Below are positions 12,991 through 25,254 of a stretch of DNA of 64,000 bases, piece by piece. A program made the position numbers and the translations under genes. The notes under the pieces are model-generated. The model saw nothing but the letters and a program-made list of their open reading frames with translations. It was not told the origin of the DNA and made no database searches. The DNA is from Octopus sinensis (lineage: Eukaryota), in contig NC_043013.1 of NCBI RefSeq assembly GCF_006345805.1, positions 4,402,001 to 4,466,000 on the forward strand. Direction: 5' to 3'. Positions within the stretch are counted from its first letter, which is position 1; every line of letters begins with the position of its first letter.

Positions 12991-13547
12991 TATTTGTTCC
13001 ATAATAAATCTTTTTTTAAATAATCAATATTTTAAAAATAATTATTTTTGCCCATTAAAAGGGAAAAAAACACACTTATTCACCCTCAATAGGGGAATAT
13101 AACAGCAAAAGTTCAACAAGTTCAACAATAATAATTCCAACGGCAAAATAAACTGACGCCAAAAAAGTGAATGTGTTGAAAAAATCTATGAATTAATTTG
13201 GTACCGAATGTATGGAGAAATTTAATTTAGGGGATGCACCCATAAGCGCTTTGGGCAATTGCGAAAATGATCGAAGGGGGTCGATGAATTGAAACAAAAA
13301 TAAAAGTGATGTGGAACATAGTGCGTGAACTACCAGTAACTTTGGAAGAAATCAAAAAGAAATGCGAGAAATGACAAATTTATTAATGAGACAAAAAGAA
13401 AACTGTGGTTGGCGAAAGGAAATAAAGACATTTATTTTGATGCAAAGAACCGCCATGATGTGAACGTGTACTCTACAAGTGATGGTGTGCCCTCAGAGGG
13501 TGGTCATACCACAGACAGTATATAGATACACACACACACACACACAT

Positions 13548-13644
<97 letters not shown>

Positions 13645-13722
13645 TTCAAAATGTGACCGCGTGTGCACCGTTGGGGATTTTTTTCCTCCGTCTTCCTTTC
13701 TTTGGATCTTTTCTTTTCCTAT

Positions 13723-13756
13723 GTTCTGACGAAGAGCTCCGCTCGAAACGTTAAAC
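13723..13756 (+). ncRNA. Hammerhead-like motif in a (TA)n-flanked PLE-type repeat
   Basis: CUGACGA-A-GAGC(ucc)GCUC-GAAA-CGUUA. Helix I is short and imperfect; same layout as 2487-2522. Confidence 0.45.
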
Positions 13757-13884
13757 TCTCCTTCTTTCCTGAGCGTCCAATAATACTATACTTGTTCCAA
13801 GTCCCCGCGTTATTGTGTTTTATCGTTGTGTTTCCATGTTTGGATTAACTATATATATTATATATATATATATATTTTTTTTTA

Positions 13885-14017
13885 AATTTATTATATAGAA
13901 GGAGCTTCTACAGGACTAGTACTGTTTCATTCAAGAGAAATCTTCAGGAAGCTTCCTGAAGATTCTCTTGAATGAAACAGTACTAGTCCTGTAGAAGCTC
14001 CTTCTATATAATAAATT
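13885..14017. repeat. 133-bp fold-back palindrome, axis at 13951/13952
   Basis: Arms are perfectly complementary except a 1-nt indel; centre ggaagcttcc. Confidence 0.95.
13950..13999 (+). ncRNA. Type I hammerhead motif (mirror copy on - at 13903-13953)
   Basis: AGCUUC-CUGAAGA-(U)UUC(ucuu)GAA.U-GAAA-CAG(uacuaguc)CUG-UA/GAAGCU; predicted cut after 13993. Confidence 0.7.
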
Positions 14018-14082
14018 AATTTTACTCTGCTATGTATTGAGTACCTTACTTACTGTGGTTAACCCCGGATCAACCCGGGACC

Positions 14083-14135
<53 letters not shown>

Positions 14136-14159
14136 CAGAAGGAGATAAAAATCCAAGGC

Positions 14160-14205
14160 TGTGAAAGATTTCAGAACATTTATAAATGTTCTGAAATCTT
14201 TCACA
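14160..14205. repeat. Perfect 46-bp palindrome
   Basis: tgtgaaagatttcagaacattta|taaatgttctgaaatctttcaca. Confidence 0.95.
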
Positions 14206-15060
14206 CCCTTACTCAGCATTACGTGACACCTTTGGGTCTTCTTGACACCATTATCTCTCATAACCTCAATATCTCTTATTATAAAAGGCAGATTTTATCT
14301 GCCTCCCTTTGGGAGTTATACAAATCTACAATATAGGATTTCTTCAATTACAATTTACCTAGCAATTTTAAGAGTACAATGCATCGCGTCATGCCAGCTC
14401 CAGTTTTTAAAATTTAAACTCCAATTAGGCAAAATTTACAGAAAACTCACATTCTGGTGTGTGTGTCAAATGCTTTTCTTAGTCTGGTTTACACCACACG
14501 CAAACGCACACACACAGTGTACAACGAATAAAATGAAAGTAAATAGCGACAGAGTGATTTGAGGAAGACTAAACTGAAAGTATATACGACAGCGTCAATT
14601 GTTGACAGACATTGTAAGCTAACGTGTGTGTGTGTCTGTGTGTGTGTGCGTGTGTCTGTGCATGTGTGTCTGTGTGTGTGTGATATTTTAACATCACTCC
14701 GAAAGCATTGATGTACATGTGTGCGTGCGTGAGTGTGTGTGTGTCATTCCTCACACACACGCATACACATACATATACAACTACATACACATACAACTAC
14801 ATACAAACACGTGTGTGTTTGTTATTAGTAAAAAAGGCGCCAAATCACAACTCACTTATCATTCCAACACATTTGCAAAGACACACGGACGGACAGAAAA
14901 GGTAAATTGGTTTTTATTTTACTCTGTATATATTTTATTATATAATATTATATATAGATATATGTATATATAATTGCAGTATGAAACAGTGTTTATGTAT
15001 AAACAGACGACACTTATATATAGTTATTATAATAAGAGATTAATAAATGTATGCATCCGT

Positions 15061-15390
15061 TTAACCCTTTCGTTACCAAGCCGCCCGAATTTACCTATTC
15101 ATATTTAAATGAGAATATCACAGCAAATCTCTTTAGTACATTCGTGAAAACACGTATTATACTTCGTAAACACTTCAACTACAGTTTTGTACAAAAATCG
15201 AAGTGTAATTTTAATTCCGTGAATTATGGGAGATTTTTTTCCGAAATTTGTTCCTATTGTGTTTTCAAAATTTGTAATTCTGACAAAAAATGGATACGAA
15301 TTTCATTATATCAAGCAGCGAGTCAGAATTCGAAGGATTTTCTACTGAAGACCTTCATAAATCTAACTCTATGACTGAAAAAAAAAAAGC
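15061..15390 (+). mobile_element. Possible piggyBac-type MITE left part
   Basis: Starts TTAA|CCCTTTCGTTACC; no matching right end found. Confidence 0.35.
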
Positions 15391-15391
15391 A

Positions 15392-15778
15392 TCTTTATAT
15401 AAGAGTGAAGTTGTGTGGTGTCTGTTTCCTACGATTTAGATTCCTAACTACTCCCACATTTTGCGGTGCAGTTTAACCAAAAGCGGGTATCTTATAGTCG
15501 TGATTCATATCGAGCCCTTCTGGGTATTAGCATGAGTCTACGATTTAAAAAAAATTTACCATCATATTTTTCCATTTTAATACATTTTTTCGCTTTTATA
15601 TAAGGGAAGTAACTCTCTAAAAATATCTACGATGTGTCAACGATTTAAAAAAAAATTTACCTTAATTTTTTTTCAATTTTTAATGCATTTTTTTGCTATT
15701 TTTTGGCTATAACTCTCTAAAAATGCTTATATAGTTATTTCCCTTACAAACCCGAGCAACGCCGGGCGATACTGCTAG
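15392..15778 (+). mobile_element. Non-autonomous Helitron
   Basis: 5' A|TC; 3' GC hairpin cccgagcaacgccggg (15751-15766), then CTAG|T. Confidence 0.85.
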
Positions 15779-18084
15779 TATATATATAAAGAGGGAGAGA
15801 GTATCTGACGTTGCCCGAGACGACTCAAAATTTTTCAATACTGAATACATGTATTATTTAGGCAAGAATTTTATTTTCGGTCGTTTGTTTTTCCATTTTG
15901 AACATTGATGTAACGGCTGTTGTTTTGAAAAGCAGTATGCGAATGTGAAGACACATTTATCGGCTTCCACGAACAGTAAATAAGATGCTTGCAGAGACTC
16001 CATATTTAACACTTCCGGTATGGCCATCTATATATTTGCCTCACCTTCTACAGCTCGCTTTCTCCAACAATGTTGAAAAACGTGGCTTCAGATAAAAGCT
16101 GGCAAAATAATCTTAACGAACGAAAAAAAAAACGGTTGAGTAAAGGTTGAATAAATAAAAATTGTATCTTACGAAGTAAATTTCAGCTTCAAATTTCAAG
16201 TTTCAGTATCGTTTGTCTCCTTTCCGGGTGGTCACTTAGATACTGAGTAGCGGGGTGTTGTTAATTAATTAGAAATCCAAATATATATTAGATACCATCA
16301 TTGCGGCCAAATGTCTCCTTAACTGAAACTGTGATGCTTCATCCTTTGGGTTTTGTTCTTGAAGAGCATATACAGCAGCGACCTCGTTGGCATACTTGCA
16401 CATAATTGTAATTGTCTCGTTGGTAAATTTCAAAATTCTTACTGCTTCACATTTTTATTTTAGATACAAATCCTCCATCTTCAAAATGTCTTCAGTATAA
16501 TTGATAGACACCTTCACCACACATATATATGTTTCCTGAGATACATTTTGACGCATTTATTATTTTCCATGCAAGGAATAACTGTTCTTTGGGGCTCCTA
16601 TAGTCTATAAAAAGTCGATCTTTTGATAACATCAAAACGGGTCGGTCAGTTATAGGGCCTGGAAGCTGTGCTGATGTAATTGATTGAAGTAAAATTTTGC
16701 ATTTACTGTAACTAGATGCTAATGTATGCATGGGGAAAGGCTTCTTTTACGGCATTCTCTTGTGTGCATATTGCATGTTGTAGACTCAAGGATGTCATGA
16801 TTTGTTATGAGTTGCATCATGCTCCTATGTCAAAAAGAGAACAAACATGGTGACCTAATGAGAATATTATACGCCAGTGGCTGGCAAACAAATTCCGTCG
16901 ATCGACAGAATTGTAGGTGAAGGTGTTCAAATGATTTAGTCTTCCATTAATTCTGATGGACGTCATAGCATTTGGTAAATCTCTAGAGCACTTTACTTCC
17001 ACCCCGCTATCTTTACCATCTGCTATCCTGCCATCCCCCTGGATGCAAATGACAGTAGCATGACCCGTGCTTTCTCAGTATTGTTTCATGAAACGAGAGA
17101 AACATTAGTTTCTCATTATATGATCAATGATTATATTACTATGTGAGCTTAATATTCATGATGAATTCTCCATGTGAAGAAGTGGAGCACTCAACTAGTA
17201 CAACATGCTCAAAACAATATATGTGAGTGTGCGCACATGTTTCATATACTCAAAGCAAACGCAGAAGCCAAACTCGAACCAAATCATCTTGCAACATAAA
17301 ATGAACCCCAAATTCCAACAGCTAAAATAATCTTCAAAAGATGGAGAAGGAATGTTATAAAGTCAACTAAACACGTTGCCCAGCCTAAGGACCAGCTGGA
17401 GCTGTCCTGCACGTTGTTTCAATATTGTTTTACTTTCATATTTAACATTTTGTCGCTTGTCAGTTTCTGTGATCTTTTTCACACCTACTTTCTGTCAACC
17501 AAGCTCCCATTGCTAACAGAATGAAAAAAAATCGGCAGTAAAGACATCGACACTGAAAAAAAACGGATTTCAGTTTATTTCTTACATTCCTGGAAGAAGT
17601 GCCCTTCTAAGCAGCATAGTATTTGATGTGTTAAGATTTATAATCAGACAGTTACAAAAATGCATTCCTGTAACTTCTATTTCCTTTGAAATAATCTCCA
17701 GGTGATATAAACAAATAAGTATAAAGCCTGGAAGTAAATAAATGCCCGTGACTCTTTAGACATCATAATATTCCATATATGTTCACACATTCACAAATAT
17801 ACATGCATACATGCAAGTTAAAAACAAAGAAGTGTATACAAAGCCGTCAATAGAGCAGATATTTTATAAGTAACTCCATACAGAATATTTTTAAATGTCG
17901 GTGCTTCAGATAATTCTAAGACACACGAAATAGCTAATCATAAAAAAAAATACAACTGTCTGATGTGTTGGTGCTAAGAACTTATGAATCTTAAGAATCG
18001 AAAAATTCTATCTTTAGATTCCGTGATTTAAAGAGATCTGTTTCAACACATCAAGAGAATCTCCAATGTACTCATACAAGTATA

Positions 18085-18540
18085 TTGTATGTATGTATGT
18101 ATGTATGTATGTATGTATGTATGTATGTATGTATGTATGTATGTATGTATGTATGTATGTATGTGTTTATGTGTTTATGTGTGTATGTATGTATGTATGT
18201 ATGTATGTATGTATGTATGTATGTATGAATAGATGTATGTATGTATGTATGTGTTTATGTATGTATGTATGTATATATGTATGTGTATGCATACGTACAT
18301 ACACACACTCAGCCCCCATGTATATATGTATACATATATATACACACACAGAGAGATCGAGAAGGAGAGAGAAATAGATAAATACGTGTGTGTATTTATG
18401 TATGTATGTATGTATGTATGCATGTATGTATGTATGTATGTATGTATGTATGTATGTATGTATGTATGTATGCATGTATGTATGTATGTATGTATGTATG
18501 TATGTATGTATGTATGTATGTATGTATGTATGTATGCACG
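18085..18540. repeat. (TATG)n microsatellite region
   Basis: Seen directly. Confidence 0.95.
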
Positions 18541-19471
18541 TACTACTCGTTTGTTTTTTGAGACTCATTAAGGATTTTCCATCTCAGAATTCAAGACTGT
18601 CACTAATGAGATGACAAATCACGTTTGTTTGAGTTACAATACATTCTGGAATTCTGGAATGAGTTAGTGTGTGCAGGCACAATCGCGAATGTGGAGATAA
18701 GCTTACACTCGAGTAATGAATGTTTCTTTTAGTACGTCAGAGAATGTGTGTGTGTGTGTGTGTGTTTCATTACTGTTACTGTGTATATGTGTGTATGCCA
18801 TTTGCACATGCGTGTGTATGTATATATGTTCATACTAGGTAACTTGTACTGAGAATCCCTGAACTGTTTTACAAATCTTAGCTGTTGTTCCTTTAATCGA
18901 TTGAGTTTAGTGGAAATTAGTTTTGTTCTTTCTTAAAGAAATTCAGCATTTTCTAGGTTTTAATGCAAATCTGTTTTTACATAGCCCGGTGAAGCTGTTA
19001 TAATACATACAAATGAAAATTTATAGCATGGATATATAAATGAGTTTCTCATTAGGTCACCATGTTTGTTCTCTTTTCACCTTCTCAATTTTAGATGAAA
19101 TATTCACATCTATTGACCAGTTCACCTCTACAACAGTGCTTTTATATTTGCTGCATCTACCATAAAACAATACTAAACTTCATTGTACTCGTACTGAGAA
19201 GAGACTTTCTTGTTTATTTCATATTTTTAAGTGCATAGTTACACTCTGATTCAGTTGTGATTTTGGTATGAACATGGTGACAATCTTTCCTGCGTATAAT
19301 ATTGTTGATGGTTCTTGAAAGGATTTAAAGGATTGATGTTACTCCTCCATCAATCCTTGAAATATTACCAAAAAGAAGTAGTATGAGAAGTTTATTTTCA
19401 ACTTGAGGAAGACACACCAGATGTCGAAATATTGTTCATTCGATAACAGTCGCACTCTTCTTATTGTTACT

Positions 19472-19472
<1 letters not shown>

Positions 19473-19523
<51 letters not shown>

Positions 19524-19555
19524 TAATAACGATAATAATAACGATAATAATAACG

Positions 19556-19590
<35 letters not shown>

Positions 19591-19637
19591 CGATAATAAT
19601 AACGATAATAATAACGATAATTAATAAACGATAATAA

Positions 19638-19685
<48 letters not shown>

Positions 19686-19696
19686 AATAATAGTAC

Positions 19697-19727
<31 letters not shown>

Positions 19728-19764
19728 GATAATAATAACGATAATAATAACGATAATAATAACG

Positions 19765-19831
<67 letters not shown>

Positions 19832-19893
19832 GATAATAATAACAATAATAATAATAATGATAATAATAATAATGATAATAATAATAATAATAA
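19473..19893. repeat. (TAA)n microsatellite with CGA variants
   Basis: Seen directly. Confidence 0.95.
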
Positions 19894-20447
19894 ATGCCCT
19901 GATGCAGTACCAGGCAGCGGCTCTCATGGCTTCTGATCTTAACTGATTGGAAGTGTTATCATGTACATTGTTTTGTCTTGGTATAAAAGATGGGCTACAC
20001 AGCAAATTTCTGCTCAATACCACAGATTTGCTTGTCAGTTGTTGACCTTAACCAGTTGAGCATGTCCCTTAGTGGCTGACGATATGTGCATCTCTGATCA
20101 CGAGCAGAAGTGTGGGGAGCATCATAGCCATGTGTTGAGAAGGATTCTTTGGGGTTTGAATAATTCACCTCTGGAAACATGGGTGTTTCGTTCAACGTCC
20201 TTAAACAACCCTTATTCAGGGACCTTTTGAGCGGGATGGGTTACTCGATCTGAAGAAAATTCTAACTGGGCTCCACCTGCAAGGTCATGTGCTGTTTATC
20301 TTGATATGAGATCACCATTTCGCGCACATATGGTTGTGATGCATGTGCCTGGTGTGCCCTTATCAGACGGGTAGTCATGATGGGTATACTGGGCTTCGTA
20401 TATTTTACCCCAGTGTCACTTTGATGGCATGCTCTGCTCGCTCACTC
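19894..20447 (+). mobile_element. Non-coding dispersed element bounded by (TAA)n; second, 5'-shorter copy at 21475-21930
   Basis: The two copies share the sequence and both end ...ctcactc(AAT)n. Confidence 0.75.
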
Positions 20448-21940
20448 AATAATAATAATAATAACAGAAACAACAACAACAACAATAATAATAATAATTT
20501 AATATAATAATGAGCCTAATGTTTTTACATATTTGCATATATATATATATATATATATTTGTCCAAAATCACGCAGTAGGACGGAGTAGGGGAAAGAATA
20601 GTATAGGTGAAGAGTGGGGAGAGAAAATAGTAATTCAGTGAAGGAGAGAAGTAGTGAGAGTAATAGCCGTAACTGAAAGAGAGTGAGAGAAAGTAATAGC
20701 AACAAGAGAGAGGAAGTGGCAAAGAGAGCGTCCTGTATCTTCTACTATAATAATATTCTTGAGTTTTTCTTCGTCACAACATATGAATGAGAAAGGAAGG
20801 TGTGATAAGGAAGGGGTGAAAAAGTCAAACAACGCTTCAACTCTGTGTGACTATATGGTGTGTGTGTGTGTGTAAGAGGGAGATATGTGAATGTTTGTGT
20901 GTGTGTGTATGCGTGCGTGTATGCAATGGAAGTGGGATGATGAACATTCAACCCTGGAAAGAAAAATCAAGCAGCGTTTCAACTTTGTGTGAGTATATGT
21001 GTGTATGTGTGTGCGTGTAGAAGGGAAGTATGTAGGTGTATGTTTAAACAAGCATTCTTTCTGTAACAAGTGATGATGGATGTCACATCTCAAGACAACC
21101 ACTAGGTAACATTGACAAATGTATTCATTTAATTAACCATCCATATTCTATCTGTTTTGTTAAAATTTATTACACAAACATATACATATACAAACTCATT
21201 AGAGAAAATAATTATTACCGGAGTTTATCAAGAATATAAAACGACTGCAACTGAAAATTATATTATAAATACATATTTAACAGTTCATACATGTGCCTAA
21301 TTTATTTACATTAAGAAATTTATGTAATTTGGAGCAGGCAATTTTTACAACATCAACTATAAGTCACGGACTGTTTTAAGTCGTATGAGTTTAGGTTAGT
21401 TTCAGTAATGGAGAGCGCAATTGAAAGGACGCGTTGCTTCGAAAAAATTGGTATTTATTTGCCAGCTTCTGTGTTGGTATAAATGATGGGCTGCAAATCT
21501 TCTGCTCAATGCCAGATTTGCTTGTCAGTTGTTTGACCTTAAACAGCTGAATATGTCCCTTAGTGGCTGACGATATGTGCACCTCTGATCACGAGCAAAA
21601 GTAGTGGGGGAACAAAATATAGACATGTCTTGAGACGAACTCTTTAGGGTTTGGATAATTCACCTTTGTAAACATGGGTGTTTCGTTCAACAGCCTTAAA
21701 CAACCATTATTCAGGGACATTTTGAGCGGGTGGGCTACTCAACCTGAAAAAAATTCTAACTGGGTCCCACCTACAAGCTCATGGACTGTTTATCTTGATA
21801 TGAGATCACTATGTCGCGCACACATGGTTGTGATGCATGTGCCTGGTGTACCCTTATCAGAGGGGTAGTCATGATGGCTATACTGGGCTTCGTGTATTTT
21901 ACCCCAATGTCATGCACTGCTCTCTCACTCAATAATAATG

Positions 21941-22026
<86 letters not shown>

Positions 22027-23338
22027 CAGTAAATAAATAAATGAATAAATAACATCTATAACAACAAGGCAGAGAATGGGATAGATAATAAATGAGTTGC
22101 GCTGATGAAAGCTTATAGAATTGATATGGCTACAGCCCGAACAACCGATGGAGTAGACGAAGCAGACAGTCAAGCCAAGCGGATCTACCAAAATATCCGG
22201 ACCATTTAACCAAATTTCTCGCCAGACATCGATAGAATATGAAAGTTAAAAGGTGGAAATATGAAAGGTAATCATTGGGAAGAATTCAATTTGCGAAAAT
22301 TATTGCAAGTTCGTAAACGCATGTACTTTTTTCTGCTTCAGTGCTTTCCTCATTGATTTCTTTATTAATTGATTGGATCGATTTTTTCCCCATATAATCA
22401 GACAACGCGGATGTAACCGTTCATGAAGTAGTTCATTAAACAACTACAATACTTCGAATTTATGTTATATGAAATTGGTTTGTTTTGTTATAGATCCTAT
22501 TTATTTATTATTCCTCACTTTAATGCAGCAGATCATAACGATGTGACGACACTTTCAATTCGTGTGAACTGCTCATCCGTAAAGCAACATCTGGTGGGAA
22601 ACAGTTCGGCATTAGAGTGGAACTGAGTAGGAAAAGGTTGGGTCTGAAACTGCCATTTTTATCTATCCTGCTTCAAACACATTTAGATGCGGCTTACTAT
22701 ATGGGAGTAGGAATTAAGCAACTACAAGGCTGAAGCAAAAAAGTACACACGTATCAACACAAATACACATGTACATAGATGTGCGATAAAAAATTGAAAA
22801 TGCACTGAAGCGATGTCACTGAAATACACTTACGAATGCATAAGGATACTGCAATTCGTATAGCCTACATCTATACGCGTTTTCACAGCTATACATGCAC
22901 ATAAACAAATTATATATATATATATTATATATATATCACGTGATCACGTGACCGACCAGACCATCAGATGTTGCTACACATCGCTGGTCACAATGCGTTC
23001 GCATTATTTTAGCCTTCGAATGACGCCACTCCAGTGGCTAAGCGAGCAGGCCAATATATATATATATATGTATTGCAGTATTTATAACAGGTTTAATTTC
23101 TATGCATTAATTTGTACTGTCTTCATTAACGGCAACAGGTTTTTTCCTCGGTATTTTCCTCGGATTTTAATTTTTATAAGTTTTTATATATTATACATAT
23201 ATTTTTGACCTTTTTGTTTATCGCTCGAAGATGACCGTTTTTTCTAAAGGGCCAATCAACAAGTCCATTTCTTTTTAAAGGTGTAGCGTTTGTAAGAGTA
23301 TAGATTGAATTAATATATATGTTCCATTCTAGCAAGAA

Positions 23339-23375
23339 CTGTCTGATGAACGGCACGAGAAACTCAGAGTAACAG
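23339..23375 (+). ncRNA. Minimal type I hammerhead motif
   Basis: CUGU-CUGAUGA-a.CG(gca)CG.a-GAAA-CUCAGAG-UA/ACAG; stem II is weak. Confidence 0.55.
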
Positions 23376-23416
23376 ATTTTGTTGAATTTTCTGCTGCTTA
23401 AAATAAAGTATATATA

Positions 23417-23465
<49 letters not shown>

Positions 23466-23475
<10 letters not shown>

Positions 23476-24253
23476 TGAGGTACTACTATTCGTAGATACC
23501 AACACGCTAAGAGGGACCAAAGCGGTCAAAACTACTAAATAAACAAAATTTTACCGAATGCAAAACTTCAAAACACATCATTTTAAAAAAGAATTTAGTT
23601 ACATATCACATGTGATTTCGCATTTAAATGCAGAATATGCATTTTTATGTTCATCAGTGCAACAAACTCAAGAAATATAAGAGAAAAACATAACATTACA
23701 AGCTCGATAGCCAACCGTAGAATTCGTCGTAGCATGTCCGAATGTTTATCTTTACATATCTATGAAAATGGCGGCCTTATTTGCAATGCATTTCGGTAAC
23801 AAATTGTCTAGTCGGAATAAAAATTCAGTATTGAACTATTCCGGTGAAAAATATAAATTAATTTATATTTTTCACCGGAATAGTTCAATACTGAATTTTT
23901 ATTCCGAATAGACAATTTGTTACCGAAATGCATTGCAAATAAGGCCGCCATTTTCATAGATATGTAAAGATAAACATTCGGACATGCTACGACGAATTCT
24001 ACGGTTGGCTATCGAGCTTGTAATGTTATGTTTTTCTCTTATATTTCTTGAGTTTGTTGCACTGATGAACATAAAAATGCATATTCTGCATTTAAATGCG
24101 AAATCACATGTGATATGTAACTAAATTCTTTTTTAAAATGATGTGTTTTGAAGTTTTGCTTCGGTAAAATTTTGTTTATTTAGTAGTTTTGACCGCTTTG
24201 GTCCCTCTTAGCGTGTTGGTGTCTACGAATAGTAGTACCCTCAATATAATATA
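23466..24253. repeat. 788-bp zero-loop palindrome, axis at 23859/23860
   Basis: Arms of about 394 bp differ at only about 4 positions; centre ccggtgaaaaatataaatt|aatttatatttttcaccgg. Confidence 0.97.
24056..24121 (+). ncRNA. Type I hammerhead motif (mirror copy on - at 23598-23663)
   Basis: GUUGCA-CUGAUGA-a.CAU-aa-AAAUGCA(uauuc)UGCAUUU-aa-AUG.c-GAAA-UCACAUGUGA-UA/UGUAAC. Stem III is the 12-nt palindrome AUCACAUGUGAU; predicted cut after 24115. Confidence 0.8.
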
Positions 24254-24407
24254 AATGAATATTTTCAAAGAGGAAGAATTTACGAATTTTTTCTCTTACG
24301 AGGTTTTTTCACGCTGACTACTGATAATTTCTTTTAAAGATTTTATCCTCAATTGTTAATATATATATATATATATTCATATTCATCTATCTATTTCCGT
24401 TTAACTT

Positions 24408-24439
<32 letters not shown>

Positions 24440-24454
24440 TATATATTCTTTTAT

Positions 24455-24671
24455 TATTTTATTCTTTTACTTGTTTCAGTCATGTGACTGCGGCCATGCT
24501 GGAGCACTGACTTTAGTCGAACAAATCGACCCCAGTACTTATTCTATCGGTCTCTTTTGCCGAACCACCAAGTTACGGGGACGTAAGCACACCAACATCA
24601 GTTGTCAGGCGATGGTAGGAGGACAAACACAGACACAAACACGTATATACATACTTGCATATGTATATATA

Positions 24672-24723
<52 letters not shown>

Positions 24724-24990
24724 TCAAAAATGAGGGTGAAAAATTAGATATTAATTTAATAATACCATTGGTTTAACACCAAGCGACTTAGCACATAAAA
24801 AACCAGGGAGACGATACATATTTATCCGTAAATATAAGAGAGTTAACGTTAAATAGGTCAACTCTAGTGCTAGAAATACCTCTGTATTCTGGTATAGCCG
24901 CCGACGATACCTCCACATAGAAATAGCACTACCCTCAACGTAAGGAAATTGAAATACAACTAAAAATAGATTAATGTTGTACAATTGTTT

Positions 24991-25062
<72 letters not shown>

Positions 25063-25235
25063 ATATATATATACACGACAGGTTTCTTTCAGTTTTTGTC
25101 TACCAAATCCACTCACAAGGCTTTGTTCGGGCCGAAGCTATAGGAGAAGACACTTGCCCAAGGTGCAATGCAGTGGGAGTGACCCAGGAACCATGTGGTT
25201 GGGAAACAAGTGTCTTGCCACACACCCACGTCTGC
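24455..25235 (-). mobile_element. Composite CORE-type SINE (tail 24455-24645, head 25075-25235) with a foreign insert (24721-24993) in its (TA)n linker
   Basis: Same two modules as 45297-45732, in reverse orientation. Confidence 0.8.
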
Positions 25236-25254
25236 ACCTAAATATGTACATATA

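Noticed and set aside
15345-15385. CTGAAGA...GAAA
   Set aside because: No stem III or helix I; followed by poly-A.
20245-20300. HDV-like ribozyme in the (TAA)n-bounded element
   Set aside because: P1 is only partial and the GG needed for P1.1 is missing.
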